Counted from the first letter of the stretch, positions 1 through 9,560 are shown. The stretch is DNA of 64,000 bases from Actinomycetales bacterium (GCA_045807245.1 JBJMHS010000073.1:1-64000); one strand, 5' to 3'. Notes: a model not told the origin generated them from the sequence alone. Numbers and translations are program-made.

Positions 1-104
1 CCCCAAGTCGCATCGAGGTCAGGCCGGGCTTCCAGCTATCCGCCAGTATGCTCGCTCGCCGCCCTGCCCCGCACGGGCGAAAGCCCCCGCGTGGCGAGGG
101 GGGC

Positions 105-797
105 TCACCCCAGCACTGGCCGTCCGGACAGCCCCACCCCGGCCTGGCGCAGGGCCTCGAGAGCACTCTGCGTAGTCGGCCGGGCCACGCCTGCGGTCAG
201 GTCGAGCAGGACACGGGTCTGGAAGCCCTCCGCCGTCGCGTCCAAGGCGGTGGCGCGCACGCAGTGGTCGGTCGCGAGTCCCACGATGTCGACGGCCTCG
301 ATGGCCCGGTCCTTGAGCCACTCCGAGAGGTGCTCCTCCCGCCCGGCCAGCCCGTGCGTGCTGCCCTCGAACCCCGAGTACGCCGCGGCGTGCATCCCCT
401 TGCGGAAGGTCGCCATGACCACGTCGGTGTCCAGGTTCGCGTGCAGCTGGGCACCCGGTGTGCCCACGACGCAGTGCGGCGGCCAGCTGTCGACGAAGTC
501 CGGCTCGGCGGGGGGCCGGGCGAAGTGCGCGCCCGGGTCGACGTGCCAGTCCTGGGTCGCGACGATCGCGGCGTACTCCTCGCCGCGGTCCCGGACGTAG
601 TCGGAGATCGCCGCCGCGACGCCAGCGCCACCGGCCACGGCCAGCGACCCGCCCTCGCAGAAGTCGTTCTGGACGTCCACGACCACCAGCGCCCGGCGCC
701 GGCCGGCCAGGCCCTCGACCTCGCCCTCGACGGCTTCCAGGTCTGGCTCGCGGTCCGAGGCGTCGAACGCCTCGCCCGGTTCCGACCAGCTCGTCAT
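105..797 (-). CDS. pncA: Nicotinamidase/pyrazinamidase (isochorismatase family)
   Basis: Motifs VVVDVQNDFCEGGSLAV, QDWH, WPPHCV, FRKG and GLATDHCVRATALD. The ATG at 797-795 overlaps the pncB stop. Confidence 0.93.
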   Translation of the reverse strand: MTSWSEPGEAFDASDREPDLEAVEGEVEGLAGRRRALVVVDVQNDFCEGGSLAVAGGAGVAAAISDYVRDRGEEYAAIVATQDWHVDPGAHFARPPAEPDFVDSWPPHCVVGTPGAQLHANLDTDVVMATFRKGMHAAAYSGFEGSTHGLAGREEHLSEWLKDRAIEAVDIVGLATDHCVRATALDATAEGFQTRVLLDLTAGVARPTTQSALEALRQAGVGLSGRPVLG

Positions 798-2107
798 GGA
801 TAGTCTCCTTCGTACGTCGTGGGGATCGCGGGGATGCCTCGCGAGAGCTGGTGACCGGTCTCCGGCAGCTCGGCCAGCGCCAGCTCGTGGCGCTCGCGGG
901 CGGCCTGGAGCGACTCGGCGCCGACGATCTTCCCCTCGGTGACGAGCTCCCGCAGCAGCAGCCGGTCGTCGCCGTCGTCCTCGGGCGCGGCCCCGATGCC
1001 GATGACCTCGGCCTGGGCGGTCCCGCCCGGGCTCCTGCGGCGCAACGCCCATTTCCGGCCGCCGACGCTGACCTTGTCGATGCTGCGCTTGGCCACCGAC
1101 ACCAGGGGAACGCCCTGGGCCGCGCTGCCGATCTCGGCCTCGCGAGCGACCAGCTTGTAGACCAGGCCCGCCGTCGGGGCACCCGACCCGGTCACCAGCG
1201 ACGTGCCGACGCCGTACGCGTCGACGGGCGCGGCACCCAGCGCGGCGATCGCGAACTCGTCCAGGTCGCTGGTGACGATGATCCGGGTCGCGGTGGCGCC
1301 GAGCTCGTCCAGCTGCCGGCGTACGGCGCGGGCCTGGGTCACGAGGTCGCCCGAGTCCAGCCGGACCGCGCCCAGGGCCGGGCCGGCGATCTCGACCGCC
1401 GTGCGCACGGCCGCGGCGACGTCGTAGGTGTCGACCAGCAGGGTCGTCTGCGGGCCGAGGCTCGCCACCTGGACCTGGAAGGCCTCGCGCTCGTCGTCGT
1501 GCAGCAGCGTGAACGCGTGTGCCGCGGTGCCGGCCGTCGGCACGCCGTACGAGCGGCCGGCTTCGAGGTTGCTGGTGGTCGCGAACCCCGACACGTACGC
1601 CGCGCGGGCGGCCGCAACGGCGGCCCACTCATGTGTGCGCCGAGAGCCCATCTCGATGCAGGGCCGGCCCATCGCGGCGGTGACCATGCGGCTGGCTGCG
1701 CCCGCCACGGCGCTGTCGTGGTTGAGGATGCTGAGCACCAGCGTCTCGAGCAGGACGGCCTCGGCGAACGTGCCCTCGACGACCAGGATGGGGGAACCGG
1801 GGAAGTAGCAGTCGCCCTCGCCGTACCCCCACATGGTGCCGCCGAAGCGGTAGTCCGCCAGCCACTGCAGGGTGCTGTCGTCGACGACATGCGAAGCGGC
1901 GAGCCGGTCGAGCTCGGGCTGCTCGAAGCGGAAGTTCTCCAGCGCGTCGAGCAGCCGTCCGGTGCCGGCCACCACGCCGTACCGGCGCCCGTCGGGCAGC
2001 CGCCGCGCGAAGACCTCGAAGACGCTGCGCCGCATCGCCGCGCCGCTGCGCAGCGCCGCCTGGAGCATGGTCAGCTCGTAGTGGTCGGTCAACAGAGCCG
2101 TGCTCAC
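794..2107 (-). CDS. pncB: Nicotinate phosphoribosyltransferase
   Basis: Motifs STALLTDHYELTM, EMGSRR, GTAAHAF, LLVDTYD, VRLDSGD, YGVGT and VYKLV; divergent from clpS as in other actinobacteria. Confidence 0.95.
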   Translation of the reverse strand: MSTALLTDHYELTMLQAALRSGAAMRRSVFEVFARRLPDGRRYGVVAGTGRLLDALENFRFEQPELDRLAASHVVDDSTLQWLADYRFGGTMWGYGEGDCYFPGSPILVVEGTFAEAVLLETLVLSILNHDSAVAGAASRMVTAAMGRPCIEMGSRRTHEWAAVAAARAAYVSGFATTSNLEAGRSYGVPTAGTAAHAFTLLHDDEREAFQVQVASLGPQTTLLVDTYDVAAAVRTAVEIAGPALGAVRLDSGDLVTQARAVRRQLDELGATATRIIVTSDLDEFAIAALGAAPVDAYGVGTSLVTGSGAPTAGLVYKLVAREAEIGSAAQGVPLVSVAKRSIDKVSVGGRKWALRRRSPGGTAQAEVIGIGAAPEDDGDDRLLLRELVTEGKIVGAESLQAARERHELALAELPETGHQLSRGIPAIPTTYEGDYP

Positions 2108-2114
2108 GGCCCTG

Positions 2115-2141
2115 AGCCTAGGGGTGGCGACTCAATAGAGT
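2115..2141. promoter_or_regulatory. Back-to-back -10 hexamers for leaderless pncB and clpS transcripts
   Basis: TAGGCT (minus strand, 2120-2115) lies 7 nt before the pncB GTG, and TAGAGT (2136-2141) lies 6 nt before the clpS GTG. Confidence 0.55.
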
Positions 2142-2147
2142 GAGGGC

Positions 2148-2438
2148 GTGTCCACCGCCCCGGCCGAGCTCGACCAGCCAGCGTCGGACGAGGCCACACA
2201 GACCGAGCCTCCGTGGATCACGCTGGTGTGGAACGACCCGGTCAACCTGATGTCCTACGTGACGTTCGTGTTCCAGGAGTACTTCGGGTACGAGCGGGCG
2301 AAGGCCGAGCAGCTGATGCTCGACGTGCACGAGAAGGGCAAGGCTGTGGTGTCCAACGGCTCGCGCGAGGAGATGGAGCGGGACACCGAGGCCATGCACG
2401 GGTACGGGCTGTGGGCGACCTTCCAAAAGGACGTCTGA
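2148..2438 (+). CDS. clpS: ATP-dependent Clp protease adaptor ClpS
   Basis: Motifs [20 protein letters not shown] and [13 protein letters not shown]. Confidence 0.96.
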   Translation: MSTAPAELDQPASDEATQTEPPWITLVWNDPVNLMSYVTFVFQEYFGYERAKAEQLMLDVHEKGKAVVSNGSREEMERDTEAMHGYGLWATFQKDV

Positions 2439-2452
2439 GGCGGGGGTTGGGC

Positions 2453-3040
2453 GTGGCGAAGGGGTTCCGCAAGACGCGGCGCGGTGTGTCGGCGAAGCTC
2501 GACGAAGGTGAGCGCGCACTGCTGGCGCACCTCTTCGTCGAAGTGTGGGAGCTGCTCGGCTCGGAGTCCGAGGACGGCAGCGGCGTCGGCGACGTGGGCG
2601 GGAGCGGTCAGGTGGATCCTCTCGAGGCGATGGTGGGGATCGGTACGGCGACGGACGAGCCCGACGACCCGGCCCTGGCCCGGCTGCTGCCCTCGGCCCA
2701 CCGGGACGACGACGACGTCGCCGCGGAGTTCCGGCGCTACACCGAGCAGGGGCTGCGGGCGCGCAAGCGGGCGGGTCTGGAGACGGCCCGGCAGACGCTC
2801 GGCCGTGAAGGCGGGTCGCTGGACCTGGACCGGGACGAGGCCCGGGCCTGGCTGGTCGCCCTGACCGATGTACGGCTCGTGCTGGGGGAGCGGCTCGAGC
2901 TCCGCTCCGACGAGGACGCCGAGGAGATCGCCGCCTCGCTGGGTGAGCTGGAGACAGACGACCCCCGGGCCTTCCTGGTGGCGATCTACGACTTCCTCAC
3001 CTGGCTGCAGGAGTCCCTCGTCCACGCCCTCGCCGCGTAG
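2453..3040 (+). CDS. DUF2017 family protein (Rv1332/AosR-like)
   Basis: Motifs DPALARLLPSAH, EFRRYTE, WLVALTDVRLVLG and YDFLTWLQESLV; usual position directly after clpS. GTG start at 2453. Confidence 0.88.
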   Translation: MAKGFRKTRRGVSAKLDEGERALLAHLFVEVWELLGSESEDGSGVGDVGGSGQVDPLEAMVGIGTATDEPDDPALARLLPSAHRDDDDVAAEFRRYTEQGLRARKRAGLETARQTLGREGGSLDLDRDEARAWLVALTDVRLVLGERLELRSDEDAEEIAASLGELETDDPRAFLVAIYDFLTWLQESLVHALAA

Positions 3041-3099
3041 CGGGGCCCGAAGCCGGCTTAGGTGCACGCTCAGCGTCGCCCGTGACGCTCAGCGTTCAG

Positions 3100-4044
3100 C
3101 TAAGCCCGGACCGCCCTACATTGCGGCGAGCATCGGGCCAGCCCGCCGGTCCATCCGCGCAGGGTCAGCACGGCACAGACCTGAGCTGCCACGGCGCACG
3201 GGTCACGGACCACCGGATGCCAGCCGTACCTCAGCACCACATCACCCATCAGGACAGCCGCGTTGTCTCGCTCGGCGTCCCACCGGCTGCGGTCGGCCGG
3301 GTGGTAGGCCAGACCCTCGAGCTCGATCCGGACGCGCCATTCGTCGTAGCGCACGTCGAAATAGCGCCGCCGCCCGTCCGGTGCGGTCCACACCTGGTTG
3401 CGGCGGGCCGGGGGCAGTCCGTGAGCGACCTCGACATCGGATCGGTATCGCAGCTCCAGGGCCGACGCGACGCCGCCGGCCGCGTCCTGCACGAGCCCCT
3501 CGAACAGCGCACGGTTGCGCAGCCGCTGCCGGCCCTCAGCCGCTCCGGCCAACCGGGCCGGCGTGGTCAGGCGACGTTGGCACGCGCGCAGCACCCAGGT
3601 CACCACCCCGTCGGGCGTCGTGGCGGCGGCGACCAGGTCGAGCACCGTGTCCTCGATCCGCGTCTGGGGCGGCAGCCGCGCCGGATGCCGTCGCGCTGAT
3701 GCAGCCGGCGATCGGCGCAGCCGCACCCCGGGGCGGTCGTGCCCGGGGGAGCTGAGGCCGACGGTCAGCTCGATCTGGTCGGGGTCGTCGTCGACCAAGC
3801 CCTGCAGGCGTCCCGCCGTGGCATGGCTGGCCATCGCGGTCGGTCCAGCCGCCAGAACCGCTGCCCAGACCCGGGCCTGGAAGTCCAGGTCGCCCGCATG
3901 CGTGGCGAAGACCCTGGGATAGAGCCGTCGCCACGACCCCCGGCGTACGCGATGCCGCACCTGGTCCTTGGTCAGGCCCAGCTGTGCCACCTGGTCGATC
4001 GAGACGACCCCGTGCTGCTGTTCCACCAGTGCTGCCCCCTGCAT
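3100..4044 (-). CDS. AbiEi-type wHTH domain plus C-terminal DUF559/Vsr-like endonuclease-fold protein
   Basis: N-terminal QQHGVVS...WRRLYPRVF and SHATAG; C-terminal SALE, D-x-RY and IELEGLAYH...RDN...VLRYGW. Start is uncertain (ORF open to 4089). Confidence 0.75.
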   Translation of the reverse strand: MQGAALVEQQHGVVSIDQVAQLGLTKDQVRHRVRRGSWRRLYPRVFATHAGDLDFQARVWAAVLAAGPTAMASHATAGRLQGLVDDDPDQIELTVGLSSPGHDRPGVRLRRSPAASARRHPARLPPQTRIEDTVLDLVAAATTPDGVVTWVLRACQRRLTTPARLAGAAEGRQRLRNRALFEGLVQDAAGGVASALELRYRSDVEVAHGLPPARRNQVWTAPDGRRRYFDVRYDEWRVRIELEGLAYHPADRSRWDAERDNAAVLMGDVVLRYGWHPVVRDPCAVAAQVCAVLTLRGWTGGLARCSPQCRAVRA

Positions 4045-4153
4045 CCGGGCACTGTGCCCGATCGCGAACCGCCCGGCTTGGTCGTCCACAAGCGGCCGAG
4101 GTCACAGCGCGGATGGCGGGCGGGGTCGGTGGGTGCACCTAGGCTTGGCGGCC

Positions 4154-4204
4154 GTGGCGGACGGACCGATCGACCTGCGCGGGGTCGGAGGGCGCGCCCG
4201 ATGA
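4154..4204 (+). pseudogene. 16-codon ORF, possible internal-deletion remnant of glutamate racemase murI
   Basis: Reads [21 protein letters not shown], follows a TAGGCT -10 hexamer, and its stop overlaps the ATG of the MBL gene. It occupies the position murI normally holds. Confidence 0.4.
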
Positions 4205-4983
4205 AGGTGACGGTCGTGGGGTGCTCCGGCAGCTTTCCCGGCCCCGACTCCGCAGCCTCCTGCTACCTGGTGGAGGCGCCCGACGCCGCCGGGCGCACCT
4301 GGCGGATCCTGCTCGACCTGGGCAGCGGCGCCCTGGGGCCCCTCCAGCGCTACACCTCGCTGTACGACGTCGACGCAGTCCTGCTCAGCCACCTGCATCC
4401 GGACCACTGTCTCGACCTCACCGGCCTGTACGTCGCGCTGAAGTACCGCCCGGGCGGCGCGGCACCGGCCGTCGCGGTCTACGGGCCCACGGGTACCGCG
4501 CGTCGCCTGGCCAAGGCGTACGACGGTCTGCCCGACACCGGCATGGGCGCCGAGCTCGACATGCGGGAGTGGGCCGCGGGCCAGGCGGTCACGATCGGGC
4601 CGTTCAGCGTCACGCCGTACGCCGTGGAGCACCCCGTCGAGGCCTACGGCCTGCGGGTCGAGTCCGGCGGGGCGGTGCTGGCGTACACCGGCGACACCGA
4701 CGCGACGCCGAACCTCACCCCGCTGTGCCGCGACGCGGACCTCGTGCTCGCCGACTCCGCCTTCGTCGAGGAGCGCGACGAGACGCGCGGCGTGCACCTC
4801 ACCGCGCGCCGAGCCGGCCAGGCGGCGACCGAGGCCGGCGGCGTACGGCGGCTGGTCCTGACCCACCTGCCTCCCTGGAACGACCCGGACGCCGCCCGGC
4901 GCGAGGCCGAGCAGACCTGGACCGGCCCGCTCGACGTGGCCGTGCCCGGGGCGACCTACAACCTCGTGGGGCCCGGCGCATAG
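4201..4983 (+). CDS. MBL-fold metallo-hydrolase (Rv1339/RNase Z-like)
   Basis: Motifs [31 protein letters not shown] and LTHLPPW; GGAGG RBS; lies directly upstream of rph. Confidence 0.92.
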   Translation: MKVTVVGCSGSFPGPDSAASCYLVEAPDAAGRTWRILLDLGSGALGPLQRYTSLYDVDAVLLSHLHPDHCLDLTGLYVALKYRPGGAAPAVAVYGPTGTARRLAKAYDGLPDTGMGAELDMREWAAGQAVTIGPFSVTPYAVEHPVEAYGLRVESGGAVLAYTGDTDATPNLTPLCRDADLVLADSAFVEERDETRGVHLTARRAGQAATEAGGVRRLVLTHLPPWNDPDAARREAEQTWTGPLDVAVPGATYNLVGPGA

Positions 4984-4993
4984 GGTCGCGGGC

Positions 4994-5761
4994 ATGACTC
5001 GACCAGGCGGCAGAGCGCTCGACCAGCTGCGCGAGGTGAGCATCACGCGTGGCTGGCTGGACCAGGCCGAGGGCAGCGTGCTGGTCGAGTTCGGCCGCAC
5101 GCGCGTGCTGTGTGCCGCGAGCTTCACCCAGGGGGTGCCCCGCTGGCGGCACGGCTCCGGACGGGGCTGGGTCACGGCCGAGTACGCGATGCTGCCGCGC
5201 TCCACCAACACCCGCTCCGACCGCGAGTCGGTCAAGGGCCGGATCGGCGGCCGCACCCACGAGATCTCCCGGCTGGTCGGGCGCAGCCTGCGGGCGGTCG
5301 TCGACGTGTCGGCGCTCGGTGAGAACACGATCGTGCTGGACTGCGACGTCCTCCAGGCCGACGGCGGCACCCGCACCGCCGCGATCACCGGGGCGTACGT
5401 CGCGCTGGCCGACGCGATCGCCTGGGCGCGCGGGCAGGGGATCATCACGCCGAGGGCCACGCCGCTCACCGGGTCCGTCGCCGCAGTCAGCGTCGGTGTC
5501 GTCGCCGGGGAGCCCCGGCTGGACCTCGAGTACGTCGAGGACAGCACCGCGGACACCGACATGAACGTCGTCATGACCGGTGACGGCCGGTACGTCGAGG
5601 TGCAGGGAACGGCCGAGGCCGAGCCGTTCGACCGGGCGCTGCTGGACGAGCTGCTCGACCTGGCGGCCGGTGGCTGCGCCACGTTGACCAAGCTCCAGGA
5701 GCATGCGCTCGCCGGACCGCTCCCCGGTGCGGGTTCGGCCGGTGCGGGTTCGGCCGGATGA
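4994..5761 (+). CDS. rph: Ribonuclease PH
   Basis: Motifs [47 protein letters not shown] and EVQGTAE. Confidence 0.97.
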   Translation: MTRPGGRALDQLREVSITRGWLDQAEGSVLVEFGRTRVLCAASFTQGVPRWRHGSGRGWVTAEYAMLPRSTNTRSDRESVKGRIGGRTHEISRLVGRSLRAVVDVSALGENTIVLDCDVLQADGGTRTAAITGAYVALADAIAWARGQGIITPRATPLTGSVAAVSVGVVAGEPRLDLEYVEDSTADTDMNVVMTGDGRYVEVQGTAEAEPFDRALLDELLDLAAGGCATLTKLQEHALAGPLPGAGSAGAGSAG

Positions 5762-6393
5762 GCGGACCCCGCCTCGTCCTGGCGACGCGCAACGAGCACA
5801 AGGTCAGCGAGCTGCGGCCGATCCTGGCCGAGGCGTTCGCCGCTGCGGGCGGCACCGTGGTGGACCTCGACGCGGATCTGGTTGGTGTGACTGCGTTCCC
5901 GGACGTCGAGGACGTCGTCGAGTCCGGCGTGACGTTCGCGGAGAACGCCTTGCTCAAGGCCCGGGTGGTCTGTGCCGCAACCGGTTTGGTCGCTCTGGCC
6001 GACGACTCGGGCCTGGCGGTTGATGTGCTAGGGGGCGCCCCGGGCATCTTCTCCGCGCGCTGGTCGGGTCGGCACGGCGACGACCGGGCCAACCTCACGC
6101 TGTTGCTCGACCAGCTGGCCGACGTGCCGGACGACCATCGGGGCGCCGGGTTCGTCTGCGCCGCAGCGATGGTCACACCGGACGGGCTGGAGCGCGTCGA
6201 GCACGGACGCATCCGCGGCGTCCTCACCAGGACCCCGCGTGGCGACGGCGGCTTCGGCTACGACCCGATCCTCGAGCTGCCCGACGGCCGCACCCTCGCG
6301 CAGCTGCCCGCGGACGAGAAGAACGGGATCTCCCATCGCAGCCAGGCCTTCCGGTCGCTCGCCCCCAGCGTGTTGGCCGGGCTCGGCGCCTAG
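5758..6393 (+). CDS. rdgB: Non-canonical purine NTP pyrophosphatase (RdgB/HAM1)
   Basis: Motifs [34 protein letters not shown] and EKNGISHR. Confidence 0.95.
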   Translation: MSGPRLVLATRNEHKVSELRPILAEAFAAAGGTVVDLDADLVGVTAFPDVEDVVESGVTFAENALLKARVVCAATGLVALADDSGLAVDVLGGAPGIFSARWSGRHGDDRANLTLLLDQLADVPDDHRGAGFVCAAAMVTPDGLERVEHGRIRGVLTRTPRGDGGFGYDPILELPDGRTLAQLPADEKNGISHRSQAFRSLAPSVLAGLGA

Positions 6394-6486
6394 CCCGCGT
6401 CGTACCCGAAACGTTGCCGAAAGGTGACGTCAAAGCGCTGCCGTGCGGGCGATGATGGCTGAGCCGGCCGGAGCGAGAGGCTGCCT

Positions 6487-6810
6487 GTGGTCACGTTCGG
6501 AGCATGGACCGTCATCCTGACGGTGTTCGGCACCATCGCGGTCGTGGTGGTCCTGCCGCTCGTGCTGCTCCGGAGCTGGCTGCGCGACCGGAGGCTCTGG
6601 TCCGGCCCGTCCCTGCCGATGCACGAGATCATCGCGCCGATGGGTGAGCTGCAGGACCCGCAGTACGCCGACCGGCGCCGGGCCGGGGACGCCAGCGTGG
6701 ACGACGCGCACGACACCGCGGTCGCGGTCGTGGGCCTGGGCATCAAGCCGTTCGCCAACCGGGCTCCGTTGTCGGTGCCGCGGTCGTCGCGAAGCCTCCG
6801 GCACGGGTGA
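6487..6810 (+). CDS. Small single-TM hypothetical protein (paralog 1)
   Basis: Hydrophobic N-terminus followed by WSGPSLPMHEIIAPMGELQDPQYADRRR; clear paralog of the next ORF. Confidence 0.7.
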   Translation: MVTFGAWTVILTVFGTIAVVVVLPLVLLRSWLRDRRLWSGPSLPMHEIIAPMGELQDPQYADRRRAGDASVDDAHDTAVAVVGLGIKPFANRAPLSVPRSSRSLRHG

Positions 6811-6817
6811 GGCCGGC

Positions 6818-7129
6818 GTGCGGGCGCTCGCGGCGGCCTGGTTGATGCTGCTCACGCTTGCCGCCGTCCTCGGCCTCGGGGTCGCGCTCGTCGTTGCGAT
6901 GGTGGTCGACGCTGTCCGGCAGCGACAGGTCTGGAGCGAGCCGGGCCTGCCCATGCACGAGCTGATCGCGCCCACCGGCGAGCTGCAGGACCCTGAGTAC
7001 GGCGACCGCCGCCGTCGCCCGGCGGCCGAGACGTGGGCCCGCCGCCGGGTCAGCCGGCAACCCGTGCCCCTGATGAGCCGGGCCCCGTGGATCGTGCAGA
7101 AGGGCGAACGCAGCGTCAGACACGGTTGA
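6818..7129 (+). CDS. Small single-TM hypothetical protein (paralog 2)
   Basis: GTG at 6818 after GAGG; TM segment followed by WSEPGLPMHELIAPTGELQDPEYGDRRR; ends RSVRHG against RSLRHG in paralog 1. Confidence 0.7.
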   Translation: MRALAAAWLMLLTLAAVLGLGVALVVAMVVDAVRQRQVWSEPGLPMHELIAPTGELQDPEYGDRRRRPAAETWARRRVSRQPVPLMSRAPWIVQKGERSVRHG

Positions 7130-7225
7130 CGGGCGGCCCGCCATGGTCCGGACCGGACCTTGCGGTCTGCTTACCGCCGGGTGTGGGACGGCTGATCTCC
7201 CAGCCCGGGGTGCGAGCCTGACCAG

Positions 7226-8755
7226 GTGACCGTCCGCCGCGCCGCGCTCGTCGGGCTGCTCGCCGGTGCCGCCGACGTGGCCGCCGCCGAGCTGTTCGCC
7301 GCCATCCTGCAATGGGCCGGCGTCAAGGGGACCGGATCGCCCGTCCTGGCCGTGGGCTCGGCGTTCGTGGACCAGACCCCGCCGTGGCTCAAGGACTTCG
7401 CGACCTCGACGTTCGGTACGGCGGACAAGGAGGTCCTGCTCGTCGGTATCGGGGTCGTGCTGGCCTTGATCTCGGCGGGGATCGGCGTCCTGGCCTCGCG
7501 CAGCCGCAGGCTCGGCCTCCTCGCCGTCGCCGTGCTGGCCGGTGTCGCCGGTCTGGCGGCGCTGACCCGGGCCGGGTCGGGAGGCATGGATGTGCTGCCG
7601 GCCGTGGTCGGTGCCGGCGCCGGGATGCTGACGCTGGCCGGCCTGCTGGACCGGGCCGCTGAACCGGACACGTCGTCGTACAAGGGGTTCGACCGTCGGG
7701 CCTTCCTGCGCGGCGGCCTGGTCACCGGCGGGCTCGCCGTCGTCGGTGGAGCCGGCGCCTACTGGCTCGGCAGGGGCCAGCGCAGTGTCGAGGCGAGCGC
7801 GGCCGCCGTCCAGCTGCCCACACCGGTCACTGCCGCGGAGACTGTGCCGGCCGGAGCCGACCTGCATCTCAAGGGGCTGTCGCCGTACGTCACCAAGAAC
7901 GACGTCTTCTACCGGATCGACACGGCCATCGTCGTACCCCGGCTCACGACGGACGACTGGAAGCTGCGTATCCACGGCATGGTGGCAAGGGAGGTGCACC
8001 TCACCTGGGACCAGCTGCTCGCCCTGCCGATGGTCGAGCGGCTCGTGACGTTGAGCTGTGTCTCGAACGAGGTCGGCGGCGGTCTGATCAGCACCGCTCG
8101 CTGGCTGGGGCACCCGCTCAAAGACCTTCTGGCCCAGTCGATTCCGAGCCCGGACGCGGACATGGTGTTGTCGAAGAGCATCGACGGTTTCACGGCGGGG
8201 TCACCGCTGGCCGCGCTCACTGACGGCCGCGACGCGATGATCGCGATCGGGATGAACGGCACCGTCCTGCCGCAGGAGCACGGCTTCCCCGCCCGGCTCG
8301 TGGTGCCGGGCCTGTACGGGTACGTCTCGGCGACCAAGTGGGTCGTCGACCTCGAGGTCACCCGGTTCGACCGCGCGCAGGGGTACTGGACGCCGCGCGG
8401 CTGGTCGCCCATGGGACCGATCAAGACCGAGTCCCGGATCGACGTACCCGATCCCGGTGCCGAGCTGCGCGCGGGCACGGTGCCCGTCGCGGGTGTGGCG
8501 TGGGCCATCCACCGTGGAGTCGAGAAGGTCGAGGTGCGCGTCGACGACGGTGAGTGGCAGCCCGCGCGGCTGGCCGACGAACCCACCGTCGACACCTGGC
8601 GCCAGTGGGTCTACGCCTGGCCGGCGGCGCCGGGCACGCACCGACTGCAGGTCCGTGCGACCGACGGCGATGGCGAGGTGCAGACGTCTGCGGTGGCACC
8701 ACCGCCGCCGGACGGCGCCACGGGCTACCACACGATCGAGGTCACGGTGCACTGA
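7226..8755 (+). CDS. Membrane-anchored molybdopterin-dependent oxidoreductase (sulfite oxidase/MsrP-like)
   Basis: N-terminal TM segments, internal twin-Arg RRAFL, and motifs FYRID, LSCVSNEVGG and HGFPARLVVPGLYGYVSATKW. Confidence 0.92.
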   Translation: MTVRRAALVGLLAGAADVAAAELFAAILQWAGVKGTGSPVLAVGSAFVDQTPPWLKDFATSTFGTADKEVLLVGIGVVLALISAGIGVLASRSRRLGLLAVAVLAGVAGLAALTRAGSGGMDVLPAVVGAGAGMLTLAGLLDRAAEPDTSSYKGFDRRAFLRGGLVTGGLAVVGGAGAYWLGRGQRSVEASAAAVQLPTPVTAAETVPAGADLHLKGLSPYVTKNDVFYRIDTAIVVPRLTTDDWKLRIHGMVAREVHLTWDQLLALPMVERLVTLSCVSNEVGGGLISTARWLGHPLKDLLAQSIPSPDADMVLSKSIDGFTAGSPLAALTDGRDAMIAIGMNGTVLPQEHGFPARLVVPGLYGYVSATKWVVDLEVTRFDRAQGYWTPRGWSPMGPIKTESRIDVPDPGAELRAGTVPVAGVAWAIHRGVEKVEVRVDDGEWQPARLADEPTVDTWRQWVYAWPAAPGTHRLQVRATDGDGEVQTSAVAPPPPDGATGYHTIEVTVH

Positions 8756-8777
8756 GCTGCGGTTGACTGTGGCCGTC

Positions 8778-9479
8778 ATGAAGCTCTTGCCGGTGCGACC
8801 GTCGTCGCGTCTCCTCGCCCTCGTCAGCGCCATCACCGCCGTCACGCTCGTCGCCGCCGTGTGGGGCTTCGTTTCGTGCGCTGGCGGGTCGGAGCGTGGC
8901 CAGGGTTCAGCCCGCTCGTCCACGGCCGCGGCGTCCGGCACCGCGAGCGCGTCGGGCACCGACGGGTCGGCGCCCACGCTGCCGCTGCCACCGGGCGTCG
9001 TCGGACCGGGTTGCGGTGACTACCGTGCGGCCGTGCCGACGGGCCCGGGGTCGATGGCGACGATGGCCGAGGAGCCGGTGTTGACCGCGGTCGCCGGGAG
9101 CCCGCTGCTGACGACCTTCGCGTCGGCGCTGACCGGGAGGCTGAACCGTCGCGTGGACCTGAGCGGCGAGCTGGGCCGAGGGCGGCTGACCGTGTTCGCG
9201 CCCGTCGACTCGGCGTTCGCCCTCGTGCCGGCCGACCGGATGGCCACGCTGAGGCGGCAGGCACCCCAGCTGCGAACGCTGTTGCGCGGGCACATCGTGG
9301 CGGGAGCACTGGACGCGAGCCAGGTCGGCGGCCCGCACCGGACGCTGGCCGGCACGACCGTCGAGGTCAAGGGGTCGGGTGGGTCGCTGACCGTCGACGA
9401 TGTGCCGGTCATCTGCGGAGGCCTGCGGACGACCAACGGCGTGCTCTACCTCCTCGCGTCCGTTCTGCCCGCACGATGA
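8778..9479 (+). CDS. Secreted fasciclin (FAS1) domain protein, MPT70/MPT83-like
   Basis: Signal-like N-terminus and motifs VGPGC..Y, LTVFAPVDSAF and VICGGLRTTNGVLYLLASVL. Confidence 0.88.
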   Translation: MKLLPVRPSSRLLALVSAITAVTLVAAVWGFVSCAGGSERGQGSARSSTAAASGTASASGTDGSAPTLPLPPGVVGPGCGDYRAAVPTGPGSMATMAEEPVLTAVAGSPLLTTFASALTGRLNRRVDLSGELGRGRLTVFAPVDSAFALVPADRMATLRRQAPQLRTLLRGHIVAGALDASQVGGPHRTLAGTTVEVKGSGGSLTVDDVPVICGGLRTTNGVLYLLASVLPAR

Positions 9480-9560
9480 GCGACGGCTAGCGCCCAGCGA
9501 GGGATACCCTGAGTCCTCGTCGGATCACGACCAGCCGGGGCCGGCAGGGCGGTGGTACAG

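Noticed and set aside
70..105. GGGC-GAAA-GCCC hairpin after pncA
   Set aside because: Too short to support an ncRNA call; probably part of a terminator-like structure.
5722..5757. Two-copy 15-bp repeat at the end of rph (GAGSA twice)
   Set aside because: A trivial low-complexity C-terminal duplication.
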